A stretch of 64,000 bases of DNA from Patescibacteria group bacterium (GCA_041649135.1 JBAZNQ010000001.1:99037-163036); one strand, 5' to 3'; numbered from the stretch's first letter, positions 39,440-48,816 are shown. The notes: generated by a model not told the origin, from the letters alone. Program-made: numbers and translations.

Positions 39440-39833
39440 TTCGTCATTCCCGCTCCACTCTTCGTCATTCCCGCGTAGGCGGGAATCCAGAAAGAAAAAA
39501 TAACAATCTATGAAATGTCTGCTTATGTCTACATCTTAGCCAATGGCAAAAATGGGACCTTATACACCGGCGTGACAGTACCATTGGTCAAGAGGGTGTA
39601 CGAACACAAGAGCAAATTTATTTCTGGATTCGCTGAACAATACAACGCAACCGACCTAGTCTATTACGAAATATTTGACGATATAGAAAACGCTATTCTT
39701 CGCGAAAAACATATCAAAAAATGGCATCGAGAATGGAAAATTAAATTGATCGAGAAAAATAATCCACAATGGAAAGATCTATACCAAGAAATTTTAGTTT
39801 AATGTCTGGATTCCCGCCTTTGCGGGAATGACG
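39440..39833. mobile_element. Full-length palindromic element carrying an intact GIY-YIG nuclease gene; candidate autonomous parent of the MITE family
   Basis: Left arm ttcgtcattcccgctccactcttcgtcattcccgcgtaggcgggaatccagaaag; right arm tctggattcccgcctttgcgggaatgac; 288-nt ORF in between. Confidence 0.7.
39515..39802 (+). CDS. GIY-YIG nuclease superfamily protein (YhbQ/UPF0213-like, 95 aa)
   Basis: MSAYVYILANGKNGTLYTGVTVPLVKRVYEHK (GIY-N10-YTG motif with a conserved R and E); a remnant paralog at 25359-25477. Confidence 0.75.
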   Translation: MSAYVYILANGKNGTLYTGVTVPLVKRVYEHKSKFISGFAEQYNATDLVYYEIFDDIENAILREKHIKKWHREWKIKLIEKNNPQWKDLYQEILV

Positions 39834-39883
39834 AACGTATGGCCAAGTGGTGGAATGGTATAGTGCACCCCATAAAATTTTTT

Positions 39884-39970
39884 GGCTCGGTGGCGGAACT
39901 GGTATACGCGCACGACTCAAAATCGTGTATCCGCAAGGATGTGTGGGTTCGATTCCCACCCGAGCCACCA
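39884..39970 (+). tRNA. tRNA-Leu (anticodon CAA), class II with long variable arm, CCA encoded
   Basis: Acceptor GGCTCGG/CCGAGCC, anticodon stem-loop cacga-CTCAAAA-tcgtg, 16-nt variable arm, T-arm tgggTTCGATTccca, ACCA end. Confidence 0.8.
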
Positions 39971-40039
39971 AAAAATTCAACGGGGCACGCAACGACTTCC
40001 ACCGTCGTTCAATCTCACTCCAACTAGGTCATTTGCCTC

Positions 40040-40112
40040 TTGGAGTATAGATATCACTTTGGCGGACAGGCGCCATCGTGTGGGGCAACCCTTGAGAGTT
40101 CGAGTCTCTCCT
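40040..40112 (+). other. tRNA-like 3' half (T-arm + acceptor 3' strand + CCA) with no recognisable 5' half
   Basis: gagagTTCGAGTctctc ctcggcc a cca. Its last 20 nt are repeated at 40256-40275; the strong hairpin 40113-40162 lies between them. Confidence 0.35.
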
Positions 40113-40335
40113 CGGCCACCAAGAGCGAGAATCCAACTTGTTTGGATCTTGGCTCTTGGTAGATTAAAAAAGACGAGAAGCAAGGTCCGCCACAATGCAA
40201 TCTATATCGCAAGAGACGAATGATCTATTTGCGATGAGATTAAATGACGGCGGAAGTCTCTCCTCGGCCACCAAAATAGAAAGTTAGCTCTCAACATAGG
40301 TTATTCTGCTCATCCCTCTTGACAGAGTGGCTTAG

Positions 40336-40833
40336 TTGTGGTATAAAGAAGAAAGTCGGGTTTTCCCTATACCAATGCTACAATTAATCTATCAATCCAT
40401 GATGCAGAAAAAGATTATCTTAATTCTAATCGGCCTTGTAGCAATCGGCGGCTTAAGTGGCTGCGCAGTTACCAATAATTCAAGCTCAACTACTGATAAT
40501 TCGGTTAAGGGTGAACAAACGGTGGTAGTACCAACCGACTCTAGGTGGGAAAATTTGGCTAAGGCTCTCACGGCCGCTGGCGCCAAAATGTATGGTGCCT
40601 ATTGGTGTAGTCATTGTCAGGCGCAAAAAGCAATGTTCGGTTCAGCTTGGCAATCTGCCCCCTACGTTGAATGTTCGCCTAATAAAAACGATCCTTCCGT
40701 ACAATCACCAGCCTGTGTTACTGCCGGTCTTCAGGGATATCCCACTTGGATTTTCGCCGATGGTACTCGGGTAGAACGTGTGATGAGCTTCGATGAACTC
40801 GCCCAAAAGATTGATTATCAACCGTCAACTTAA
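40336..40833 (+). CDS. Thioredoxin-like lipoprotein of the VKOR-associated type (CxxC)
   Basis: Lipobox LSGC. KMYGAYWCSHCQAQKAMFG ... YVECSPN ... CVTAGLQGYPTWIF resembles the periplasmic Trx-like domain fused to bacterial VKOR homologues. Confidence 0.6.
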   Translation: MWYKEESRVFPIPMLQLIYQSMMQKKIILILIGLVAIGGLSGCAVTNNSSSTTDNSVKGEQTVVVPTDSRWENLAKALTAAGAKMYGAYWCSHCQAQKAMFGSAWQSAPYVECSPNKNDPSVQSPACVTAGLQGYPTWIFADGTRVERVMSFDELAQKIDYQPST

Positions 40834-40919
40834 ATTGTCTTGTTAGAAATTTATAAAACCTATGGTTTGTTCAAAGGTTCAAATTAGTACTTGCTACACC
40901 AACCCAAATTTCTCATAGG

Positions 40920-41255
40920 ATGACAGACAATATTTTATTAACCCCACTCCGTGAATTTGCTAGATTTATTGTTTGGTGGGTGATGACGATGCCGAGCCGG
41001 TTATGGAAAATTGGTTGGGGGTTTTTGTTGACTGCGGAAGATAATCTTCGGCTCTTTAGTAATATCCGACTCTGGTTTGCGTTAGAGCCATTGTTCGGCG
41101 ATTACGGCTGGAAGGGGCGGCTGATTGGTTTTATTTTCCGTGGTATGAGGATTATCGTTACTGCGGCGCTGTATCTTGGTCTGCTCGGACTAGCAATTAG
41201 CTTATTGATTGCTTGGTACCTTCTGCCGATTTTATCATTCAGGTCATTTTTCTAA
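40920..41255 (+). CDS. Small membrane protein, hypothetical
   Basis: 111 aa, 3 TM, no Cys; its stop abuts the start of the Clp-like gene. Confidence 0.4.
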   Translation: MTDNILLTPLREFARFIVWWVMTMPSRLWKIGWGFLLTAEDNLRLFSNIRLWFALEPLFGDYGWKGRLIGFIFRGMRIIVTAALYLGLLGLAISLLIAWYLLPILSFRSFF

Positions 41256-43697
41256 ATGGGAGAATCATTTTCAAACCAGCAAATTAAATTGCCATCCCGT
41301 GGTTGGTTGTTTTGGCTGACTTCCAGCCGATTAGCTTGGCAATGGCTGATGTTGGTGTTGGGGTTATCACTTATTTGGTCGTCAGTTGGCCAATGGTTGG
41401 ATAATTCTGTTGCTACTGATCCGCGACTTGGTATTTTAATTTTGATGTGGATTATCTGGCTGTATTGGAATGACCGACTCAAAGGGGTTAAACCTCATCT
41501 CTATCCCAATTTAGACTTTGGTAATTACTTTAGTTTTTATGGTCGGCAAATCTTTTGGGGTGCTGTTCGCCGGTTTTATGCCAGTCATGCTGCTACGATG
41601 ACATCTCAACATCTATTGGACGCTGTCTTGACCCATCAAGGCACTCGATTGACTTTGATTCGTCTTCAATTAACTACTGACGATATTCACCAAGCTACCG
41701 TTGTAGAATCTCTTCCCCTGACCGACATTTTGGCCAAAGCGACCGAATTTGCCGTAGCGGAACATTCCCATGTCTCGTGGGATGACTTGTTAAAGAGTTT
41801 GCTCACAGTCTCCCCCGGATTAAAACAACTGCTGGCGGACTACAAAATTACTACCGATGAAGCCATCGCCGTTGTGAATTGGAGCCGTGGTGATGTGTAT
41901 CATCATCCTACCAGCGCGGGGCGAACTCTCTTCCGTGATTTATTTGGTCCACGGCGCAATCTCAATAAAACTTGGACTGCCCGTCCCACTCCAGTTTTAG
42001 ATCGCTTCAGCCAAAATTTAACTGACTTGGCTCGGGTTGGTTTATTAACCTCTGCCAAAATCCGTACTCAAGAAGTTGATGAAGCGATTCGGGTGTTGTC
42101 TCGTAGTTCCGGCAATAATTTAATCTTGGTGGGCGAAGCAGGAGTCGGCAAAACTTCCATTGTTGGCGATATCGCTCTAAAAATGATTCAGGGACAAATT
42201 ACCGCACTAGATGATTACAAATTAATTGCGCTGGATATTGGCGCAATGATTGCCTTCGGTACTTTTGATAAAGTTTTCTCCTCCGCTCTCAATGAAGCTA
42301 GTTCGTCGGGCAACACGATTTTATTTATTGGTAATCTTGACCAATTTGGCAAAGCCAGTACTAGCGAAGGTTTTGATGTATCAGCCATTTTGTTAAGCGC
42401 GTTAGACAAACCCGGTCTGCAGATTATTGGTACGTCTGATCCGTTAAATTACAAAAAATATATTGAAAATAACTCTAACCTAGTTCAAAAATTCACTCGG
42501 GTGAATATTCCCGAGCTCGATACCAGTCGGGCGATTTTAGTGTTAGAAGATTTAAGCGACCAAATTGAAAATCGCCAGCGGGTCTTGATTACCCTTGCGG
42601 CAGTTAAAGCGGCAGTTATTCTTTCTCAACGTTTAATTCATCAGGGACAATTGCCAGACAAAGCAGTTGATCTTTTGGACGAAGCCGCCGTTTATACCGC
42701 CCGTCAAGGACGTCAATTGGTCGGTGCCAATGACGTCGAAGCAGTTATCAGTACCAAGACTAACGTGCCAGTTGGCGAGATTGATACTTCCGAACGTGAA
42801 AAGCTGGTGAATTTGTCAGACCAAATTCACACCCGGATGATTGGTCAGGACGAAGCGGTCAATGCTGTTAGTGAAGCCCTCAAACGTGCCCGCTTAAATG
42901 TTTCCGCCAATACCAAACGCCCGATCGGGACATTCCTGTTCCTTGGCCCCACTGGTGTTGGTAAAACCGAATTAGCCAAAAGCTTAGCTTGGGCATATTT
43001 TGGCGACGACACCAAAATGATTCGGTTGGATATGAGCGAATATCAAACTGCGGACTCAATTAATCGGTTATTGGGTGCACCCGCGACATCCGGCGATATT
43101 GCTTTATCCGGCGGCAAATTCACGGAAAGCGTCAAAGCAATGCCATTCGCGGTAGTTTTGTTAGACGAAATTGAAAAAGCTCACCCCGATATTCTAAATG
43201 TTTTCTTGCAGGTTTTAGACGAAGGCCGATTGACTGATAATCTTGGCAATATGGTTGATTTTACGCATACAATTATCATTGCTACCAGCAATGCCCAAGC
43301 CCGATTTATCGAGGAAGCTATTCGCTCCAATCAGCCTTATACTGATATTCAGGAGCAGATGCGAGGGCTGCTGGTCCAAGAAAGTTTTAAACCAGAATTT
43401 ATCAACCGATTTGACGGCGTGATCATCTTTAAACCTCTTACTCCCGAACAGATCTTTGCCATTGCTCAACTTAAACTTAAAAAACTCCAACAATTCTTGT
43501 CTGCCAACAAAGGTTTAGAGTTAATCGTTGATGACGTCGCCCTTCACAAATTGGCCGATCGTGGCTATGATCCGGCATTTGGTGCTCGACCGTTGGAACG
43601 GTTAATCCGTGACCAAATCGAAACCAAAGTTGCCAATGCATTGCTGGCAAATCCGAGCCTAAAAGAACTGACCATCACCCCTGCCGACATTTTATAA
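41256..43697 (+). CDS. ClpA/ClpC-like double-AAA+ ATPase with N-terminal transmembrane segment; D1 Walker B degenerate
   Basis: N-terminal TM helices, two Clp_N-like repeats, D1 Walker A GEAGVGKTS with ILFIGNLDQF in place of DE; D2 intact (GPTGVGKTELAK, VVLLDEIEKAHPD, sensor/arginine finger region). Confidence 0.65.
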   Translation: MGESFSNQQIKLPSRGWLFWLTSSRLAWQWLMLVLGLSLIWSSVGQWLDNSVATDPRLGILILMWIIWLYWNDRLKGVKPHLYPNLDFGNYFSFYGRQIFWGAVRRFYASHAATMTSQHLLDAVLTHQGTRLTLIRLQLTTDDIHQATVVESLPLTDILAKATEFAVAEHSHVSWDDLLKSLLTVSPGLKQLLADYKITTDEAIAVVNWSRGDVYHHPTSAGRTLFRDLFGPRRNLNKTWTARPTPVLDRFSQNLTDLARVGLLTSAKIRTQEVDEAIRVLSRSSGNNLILVGEAGVGKTSIVGDIALKMIQGQITALDDYKLIALDIGAMIAFGTFDKVFSSALNEASSSGNTILFIGNLDQFGKASTSEGFDVSAILLSALDKPGLQIIGTSDPLNYKKYIENNSNLVQKFTRVNIPELDTSRAILVLEDLSDQIENRQRVLITLAAVKAAVILSQRLIHQGQLPDKAVDLLDEAAVYTARQGRQLVGANDVEAVISTKTNVPVGEIDTSEREKLVNLSDQIHTRMIGQDEAVNAVSEALKRARLNVSANTKRPIGTFLFLGPTGVGKTELAKSLAWAYFGDDTKMIRLDMSEYQTADSINRLLGAPATSGDIALSGGKFTESVKAMPFAVVLLDEIEKAHPDILNVFLQVLDEGRLTDNLGNMVDFTHTIIIATSNAQARFIEEAIRSNQPYTDIQEQMRGLLVQESFKPEFINRFDGVIIFKPLTPEQIFAIAQLKLKKLQQFLSANKGLELIVDDVALHKLADRGYDPAFGARPLERLIRDQIETKVANALLANPSLKELTITPADIL

Positions 43698-43784
43698 TCT
43701 CCTTCGTTATTGCTTAATTGCTCAATTGGCGAATTGTCGAATTCCCATCTCTCTCCTCTCTATTCACCATTCACCATTCACCTT

Positions 43785-44582
43785 ATGTACACCTTACCCA
43801 ATCAACCACAACCTAATTGGTTCCAGCCGACTATGCCACCAGTTCGTTACCGCCGGCGAAATTGGTTTATTGAAGTATTGAAATTTTTGGGTTTGTTTAT
43901 TTTCTTTTTTGCTGGTCTCGTGCTGATCGTGATGGGCCCAACCTATTATGCTAAACTGGCGTATCTCTGGACCAAACCAACTAATAACTATTCACAAAAA
44001 TATGAATTGCCAGTTTCAGTAACCGACGATCCAGCGGCAATTGGAGATTTGACCGACCAAGTCAGTAAAAGTAAATCTGCCTTTGGTCAAGATACTATTG
44101 TGATCCCTAAAATCAACGTCGATGCGCCGCTACTTTATTTAGAAACTACGAACAACACAGACATTATCGAAGCCATTCAGAACGGTGTCGGTCATTATCA
44201 GGGGACCGCTCTCCCCGGTCAAAATGGCAATGTTTTCTTAACTGGTCACAGCTCTTATTACTGGTGGTCGGGCGGCAAATACAATCAAGTTTTTGCCTTA
44301 CTCAACAAACTCGAAGCAGGGGATTTGATCTACCTCTACTATCAGGGCAACAAATATATTTATCGAGTTAGCCAGAGCTTTGTTGTTAAACCAGAGCAAG
44401 TCGAAGTCCTGCAGGCCACTACTGAACCAATTTTAACTCTCATGACTTGCACTCCAGTTGGCACCAATCTTAAGCGTCTGATTGTTCGGGCAGACTTAAT
44501 TAGCCAACCACCAGTTAGTGGTAGTGACTTTTCTAACCTATTCAATTTGCCCAAGCCGCCAACCATCCTGCCGCTGTACTAG
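43785..44582 (+). CDS. Sortase (transpeptidase, membrane-anchored)
   Basis: N-terminal TM, LTGHSSYYW (His), LTLMTCTP (TLxTC Cys), RLIVRAD (Arg); start at the ATG 43785 directly after the ttcaccattcaccattcacctt motif (ORF from 43710). Confidence 0.8.
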   Translation: MYTLPNQPQPNWFQPTMPPVRYRRRNWFIEVLKFLGLFIFFFAGLVLIVMGPTYYAKLAYLWTKPTNNYSQKYELPVSVTDDPAAIGDLTDQVSKSKSAFGQDTIVIPKINVDAPLLYLETTNNTDIIEAIQNGVGHYQGTALPGQNGNVFLTGHSSYYWWSGGKYNQVFALLNKLEAGDLIYLYYQGNKYIYRVSQSFVVKPEQVEVLQATTEPILTLMTCTPVGTNLKRLIVRADLISQPPVSGSDFSNLFNLPKPPTILPLY

Positions 44583-44716
44583 GAGAAAAATCTCATCAAT
44601 CTAACCAAAAAGGAAGTGGAGAGGAGGATGGAAATTCGACAATTCGCCAGAATGACGAGCTTTTTATTTTTATCTTTGCCCCTAGCTACTAGCTACTAGC
44701 TACTAGATACTAGATA

Positions 44717-46147
44717 CTAGATACTGACTGTACTAGATACTAGATACTGTCCAAGCCCGCCAAAGATATTGGAATCATTCTGACGCAAAATTAGTTCAAC
44801 CAATTTGTTGGCTTTTAACAGCCAGATTTTTTTCGCATCACTTCCAAGGTAAACTGTAGTTTTGTTAACATCAGCTACTGTATAAACATTTGTTCCGCTA
44901 ACGTCGCTAACGTTAAGTTGATTATTAGTAGTTAAAAACAAGCTTTCATCTTGTTTGCCTAGCAATTCAACTGCGGCGGGGAAATTTTTTAGTGTCATTT
45001 CAGTTTGATTAACGAAATTATGGCTCATTAAATTCCGACCAACCGTATAAAACAATCTTGGTTTCAAATTATGATGTTCGTAGTAAACGTCACCGATATT
45101 GCTAGCTACTTTTGTCCAAATCGGAACTTCGTTTTTTCCAACAACAGTTTTATCCCACAACCACAACCCCGCTGTGCTGTTTTTAGCCGTTACGATAATT
45201 CTCTCGTCATTCACAAAGACGATTTCGTAGCTTTTTCCGACCGGCAAATCGTTAGTTACCGCTTCTCCCGCTTTGTCATCAAACAAATTACTGTCTCGCA
45301 TCAGCGAAATACTTCCGTTACTGTTACGAATAATGTAGTACAACCGACTATTACTATAAGACGCCCCTAAAATATTTTTAGCGTAAAGGTTTATTCGGTT
45401 GAGATTCAGATCAACTGCATATACTGTCGTCCCCATTACTGCCATTAGTCGATCATTGTCTAACCAGCTTAATTTTTCTGCCGTTGCTTGATTCAGGGGG
45501 CTACCAAATAACTGCCCTCGATAACCTTCTTGAAAATCGGCTACCACTAACCATTTTCTTCCCCCTGAAATCACTCCCAACGCCCAAGTATTGCCATCCG
45601 ACTTTTTGGCCAAATACACGTCAGTCGTTGCCTGCAACACACTTTTTACATTGGCTGGTAATCGGCTAAAGTCCAGCGGCGTCGCTGTACCGTTAGCGTA
45701 TTTGATAAATTTTCGGTCTTTCGAAAAATATAATAAATCGTTTCCCACGCTAATTACTCGCTGGGCATCCTCTACCAAAATTTGACTCGGAATATCGGTC
45801 AGCACCAAATCCAAGTTGTGTTCTTCTACCACTTGTCTTGATGCCACGTCTATGGTTTTAAAAAACGGCCGATAATCCTTCAGCTCCAATTTGATATTAT
45901 ATGCCCCCGGCAGAACATTGCGCATTGTAATTGGGGTCAGCCGGGAGGTTTTATGATCATTAATGTATACCGTTGCTCCGCTTGGTTTACTGCTGATTGC
46001 CAACACACCAGTCTTCTGGATCGTCCAAGTCGCCAAATCCAGCCGATAGCCGGTCGCGTATCCTATGGCATAGACTGCCACCACGATGAAAACCAACGTG
46101 GACAGCACATAAGCCAGCAGTGTCGGCCAATTTTTCTGATAGGTCAT
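44717..46147 (-). CDS. Membrane-anchored PEGA-domain protein with beta-rich C-terminal region
   Basis: N-terminal TM; PEGA-like SSKPSGATVYINDHKTSRLTPITMRNVLPGAYNIKLELKDYRPF. Confidence 0.55.
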   Translation of the reverse strand: MTYQKNWPTLLAYVLSTLVFIVVAVYAIGYATGYRLDLATWTIQKTGVLAISSKPSGATVYINDHKTSRLTPITMRNVLPGAYNIKLELKDYRPFFKTIDVASRQVVEEHNLDLVLTDIPSQILVEDAQRVISVGNDLLYFSKDRKFIKYANGTATPLDFSRLPANVKSVLQATTDVYLAKKSDGNTWALGVISGGRKWLVVADFQEGYRGQLFGSPLNQATAEKLSWLDNDRLMAVMGTTVYAVDLNLNRINLYAKNILGASYSNSRLYYIIRNSNGSISLMRDSNLFDDKAGEAVTNDLPVGKSYEIVFVNDERIIVTAKNSTAGLWLWDKTVVGKNEVPIWTKVASNIGDVYYEHHNLKPRLFYTVGRNLMSHNFVNQTEMTLKNFPAAVELLGKQDESLFLTTNNQLNVSDVSGTNVYTVADVNKTTVYLGSDAKKIWLLKANKLVELILRQNDSNIFGGLGQYLVSSTVSI

Positions 46148-46305
46148 ATCGTTTACAATAAGAGGTGCCGGGGGGATGCTGAAGTATCGGTTGCCGCCGG
46201 TCTGTAAATATCATAATCTAACCTGTGAGATTAGCCCAGATTAGACCTCATGCCACAGGCTATCAGGGGAGATTCGTTCCGTTAGAAGTTTAGAAAGAAA
46301 ATAGT

Positions 46306-47430
46306 ATGTCATTTTCAAGCACAAAAACCACATCCGACGATCTTGTCCAACCTTCCAACGGGATGAAGATCGGGATTGATGCTACTGCTCTGACCCACCT
46401 CCAACCAACTGGTGTTGAAGTCGCTACTCGAGAACTGATTCGGGCACTTTTGACGTTAGATCAGACAAACCAGTACTATCTTTACACTCCCACCCCTCTG
46501 GATCGGTCTTGGCAGATGTTCGCCAATGTCTCCAATCGGGTTTTACCACCAACTCGTCGATGGCTCTTATCTCAACTCGGTCCCGCTATTCACCAAGATC
46601 GATTGGATCTTTTTTGGTCACCCAGCAATCTATTGCCTTTTAAACTGCCTGCCAGACGTCTTGCTACTGTCCATGATTTGGCGTTTTTCCACTTTCCCCA
46701 AGCTTATTCGTGGCGCAGTTGGTTAATGTCATGGTTAACGGTTTGGCGAGCGACTAAATTAGCCACCAAAATTATTGCTGTCAGCCATCACACTAAACAG
46801 GATTTAATTCAAAAATTTCATTTGCCAGACCATCGCGTAGTAGTTGTCCCTAATGCCTTGCCGCAATCTCCAACGGTTACTGTCACCCCATTAATTTTAG
46901 ATGACTATATTTTGGTAGTTGGTCGGGTGGAAACACGCAAAAATCCTCTCGCCGCCATCAAAGCTTTTGCCTTAATTGCCGCTGATTATCCCAAACTCCA
47001 ACTAATTTTTGCTGGCGGTGATGGTTTGGGAGCTACGTCAGCCAAACAATTAGCTGACACTCTCGGATTATCGCATCGAATTCAGTTTTTGGGTTTTGTT
47101 GATGGAGAAACCTTGGCCAACTTGTATGCCCATGCTCGCATCGCTCTCTTCCCAACACTTTATGAGGGTTTCGGTCTGCCAGTACTGGAAGCCTTCCAAT
47201 ATGGAGTTCCTTTGGTTGCCTCTGATACTCCAGCCGTTGCTGAAGTGGCTGGTGATGCCGCTCTATTAGTCGAACCAACTGATACTTTGGCGATTGGTCG
47301 TGCTTTGATTAGACTGTTAGAAGAACCAGAATTAAGAACCACCTTAATTGAAAAGGGGACTTTGCGTCTACGCCAATATTCATGGGAACGATCAGCCGAA
47401 GAACTGTTGGCAGTAATTAACTCCTTGTAA
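46306..47430 (+). CDS. Glycosyltransferase family 4 (GT-B)
   Basis: EGFGLPVLEAFQYGVPLVASD EX7E-type motif. Confidence 0.8.
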   Translation: MSFSSTKTTSDDLVQPSNGMKIGIDATALTHLQPTGVEVATRELIRALLTLDQTNQYYLYTPTPLDRSWQMFANVSNRVLPPTRRWLLSQLGPAIHQDRLDLFWSPSNLLPFKLPARRLATVHDLAFFHFPQAYSWRSWLMSWLTVWRATKLATKIIAVSHHTKQDLIQKFHLPDHRVVVVPNALPQSPTVTVTPLILDDYILVVGRVETRKNPLAAIKAFALIAADYPKLQLIFAGGDGLGATSAKQLADTLGLSHRIQFLGFVDGETLANLYAHARIALFPTLYEGFGLPVLEAFQYGVPLVASDTPAVAEVAGDAALLVEPTDTLAIGRALIRLLEEPELRTTLIEKGTLRLRQYSWERSAEELLAVINSL

Positions 47431-47504
47431 TATTTATTTGTCTAGTCATCCGCCAGCTAATGAATCCTTTCTCTCTTCTGCCATCCCACGTCCTTCCTTT
47501 TTGT

Positions 47505-47605
47505 CATCCTGAACTTGATTCAGGATCCAGCCAGAAACAACAAACAAAACTCTTTTTCTTTTCTTGTCTAGATTCCGGGTCAAGCCCGGAATGACAAAAT
47601 AAATA
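47505..47605. repeat. Full-length MITE-like element (gtcatcctgaac...ccggaatgac variant)
   Basis: ttgtcatcctgaacttgattcaggatccagccagaaacaac...cttgtctagattccgggtcaagcccggaatgacaaa. Confidence 0.75.
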
Positions 47606-47658
47606 ACCACGCCGAAGACGCCACCAAAACTGTTCACCTTTAACGATTAACTTGTCTT

Positions 47659-48816
47659 ATGTCTAATCCAAAAATTGCCATCGTTCACGACTTCCTCCAA
47701 TCCTTCGGTGGTGCCGAAAGAGTTACTTTGGCGATCAGCGATCTTTATCCCGATGCGCCGATCTATTCTTTGACTTACGATATCAAGCTCAATCCTTGGT
47801 TCGGTAAAAGAAAAATCCTCACGTCCTATTTGCAAAAATGGAGCTGGGTTCCGGCTAAATTTTTAATCCCGTTTTATGCTCAAGCGATTGAGAGTTTTGA
47901 TTTTAATGATTTTGACGTAGTTATTTCTAGTTCTCATTCATTCGCGAAAAATATTCTTACCAATCCGGACACAATTCACATTTCCTATATTCATTCGCCG
48001 ATGCGTTACGTTTGGGATGCGTGGCACTCTTATTTAGCTGGTCAGCGAGTTAGTCGTTTGAATGGGATTTTAGGAGTAGGGTTAGTCCGCAATACTGTTG
48101 TCAATATTCTGCACCATTTGCGACTTTGGGATCGGCTGGGTGCATCGCGGGTAGACCAATTTGTGGCTAATTCCCACTACGTGGCGGATCGTATCCGCAA
48201 ATTTTATCGTCGGGAATCAATTGTTATTTACCCACCAGTTGATACTGATAAAATTCAAATTTCTCACGAGCATAAAAATTACTTCATCGCCATTGCTCGC
48301 TTAAGCCAGTACAAGCGACTAGATTTAGTCGTCCAAGCTTGTAATGAATTAAATCTGCCATTAATAGTTATCGGTACTGGTGAAATGGAAGCCGAATTAA
48401 AAAAACTAGCTGGGCCGACAGTCACTATTACTGGCTGGATCAGCGACGAACAAAAGATTAAATATATTGAAAGTGCTCGCGCCCTAATTTTCCCTGCCGA
48501 AGAAGATTTTGGAATTGTACCGGTGGAAATTCAAGCGGCTGGTAAACCAGTGATAGCCTTTGGCAAAGGCGGCTGTTTGGAAACTGTAATTGATGGCGAA
48601 ACCGGCATCTTTTTCCCTGAACAGACGGTAGAAAGTCTTAAATTAGCTATCCAAAAATTTATTCAAATCGAGTCGACTTTCGATCCAGCTACCATTTCCC
48701 AGCACGCTCAACAATTTTCTCGTCAACGTTTCCAAACTGAACTTAGAAAACTAGTTGAAGAAAAATTAGCAGAGCATAGTTTTCGTCATCCTCTGGCTTG
48801 CGTCAGTCCTCCGTAG
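47659..48816 (+). CDS. Glycosyltransferase family 4 (GT-B)
   Basis: EEDFGIVPVEIQAAGKPVIAFGKGGCLETV. Confidence 0.8.
   Translation: MSNPKIAIVHDFLQSFGGAERVTLAISDLYPDAPIYSLTYDIKLNPWFGKRKILTSYLQKWSWVPAKFLIPFYAQAIESFDFNDFDVVISSSHSFAKNILTNPDTIHISYIHSPMRYVWDAWHSYLAGQRVSRLNGILGVGLVRNTVVNILHHLRLWDRLGASRVDQFVANSHYVADRIRKFYRRESIVIYPPVDTDKIQISHEHKNYFIAIARLSQYKRLDLVVQACNELNLPLIVIGTGEMEAELKKLAGPTVTITGWISDEQKIKYIESARALIFPAEEDFGIVPVEIQAAGKPVIAFGKGGCLETVIDGETGIFFPEQTVESLKLAIQKFIQIESTFDPATISQHAQQFSRQRFQTELRKLVEEKLAEHSFRHPLACVSPP

Noticed and set aside
39741-40223. ORFs on both strands across the tRNA-Leu / tRNA-fragment region
   Set aside because: They overlap tRNA and structured RNA sequence; translations are low-complexity.
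40040-40275. tmRNA (ssrA) hypothesis for the tRNA-like 3' ends
   Set aside because: No 5' acceptor strand complementary to ctcggcc, no plausible resume codon or tag ORF ending in a Leu/Ala-Ala stop, and the spacing does not fit a one-piece or permuted tmRNA. Kept as tRNA-fragment duplication instead.
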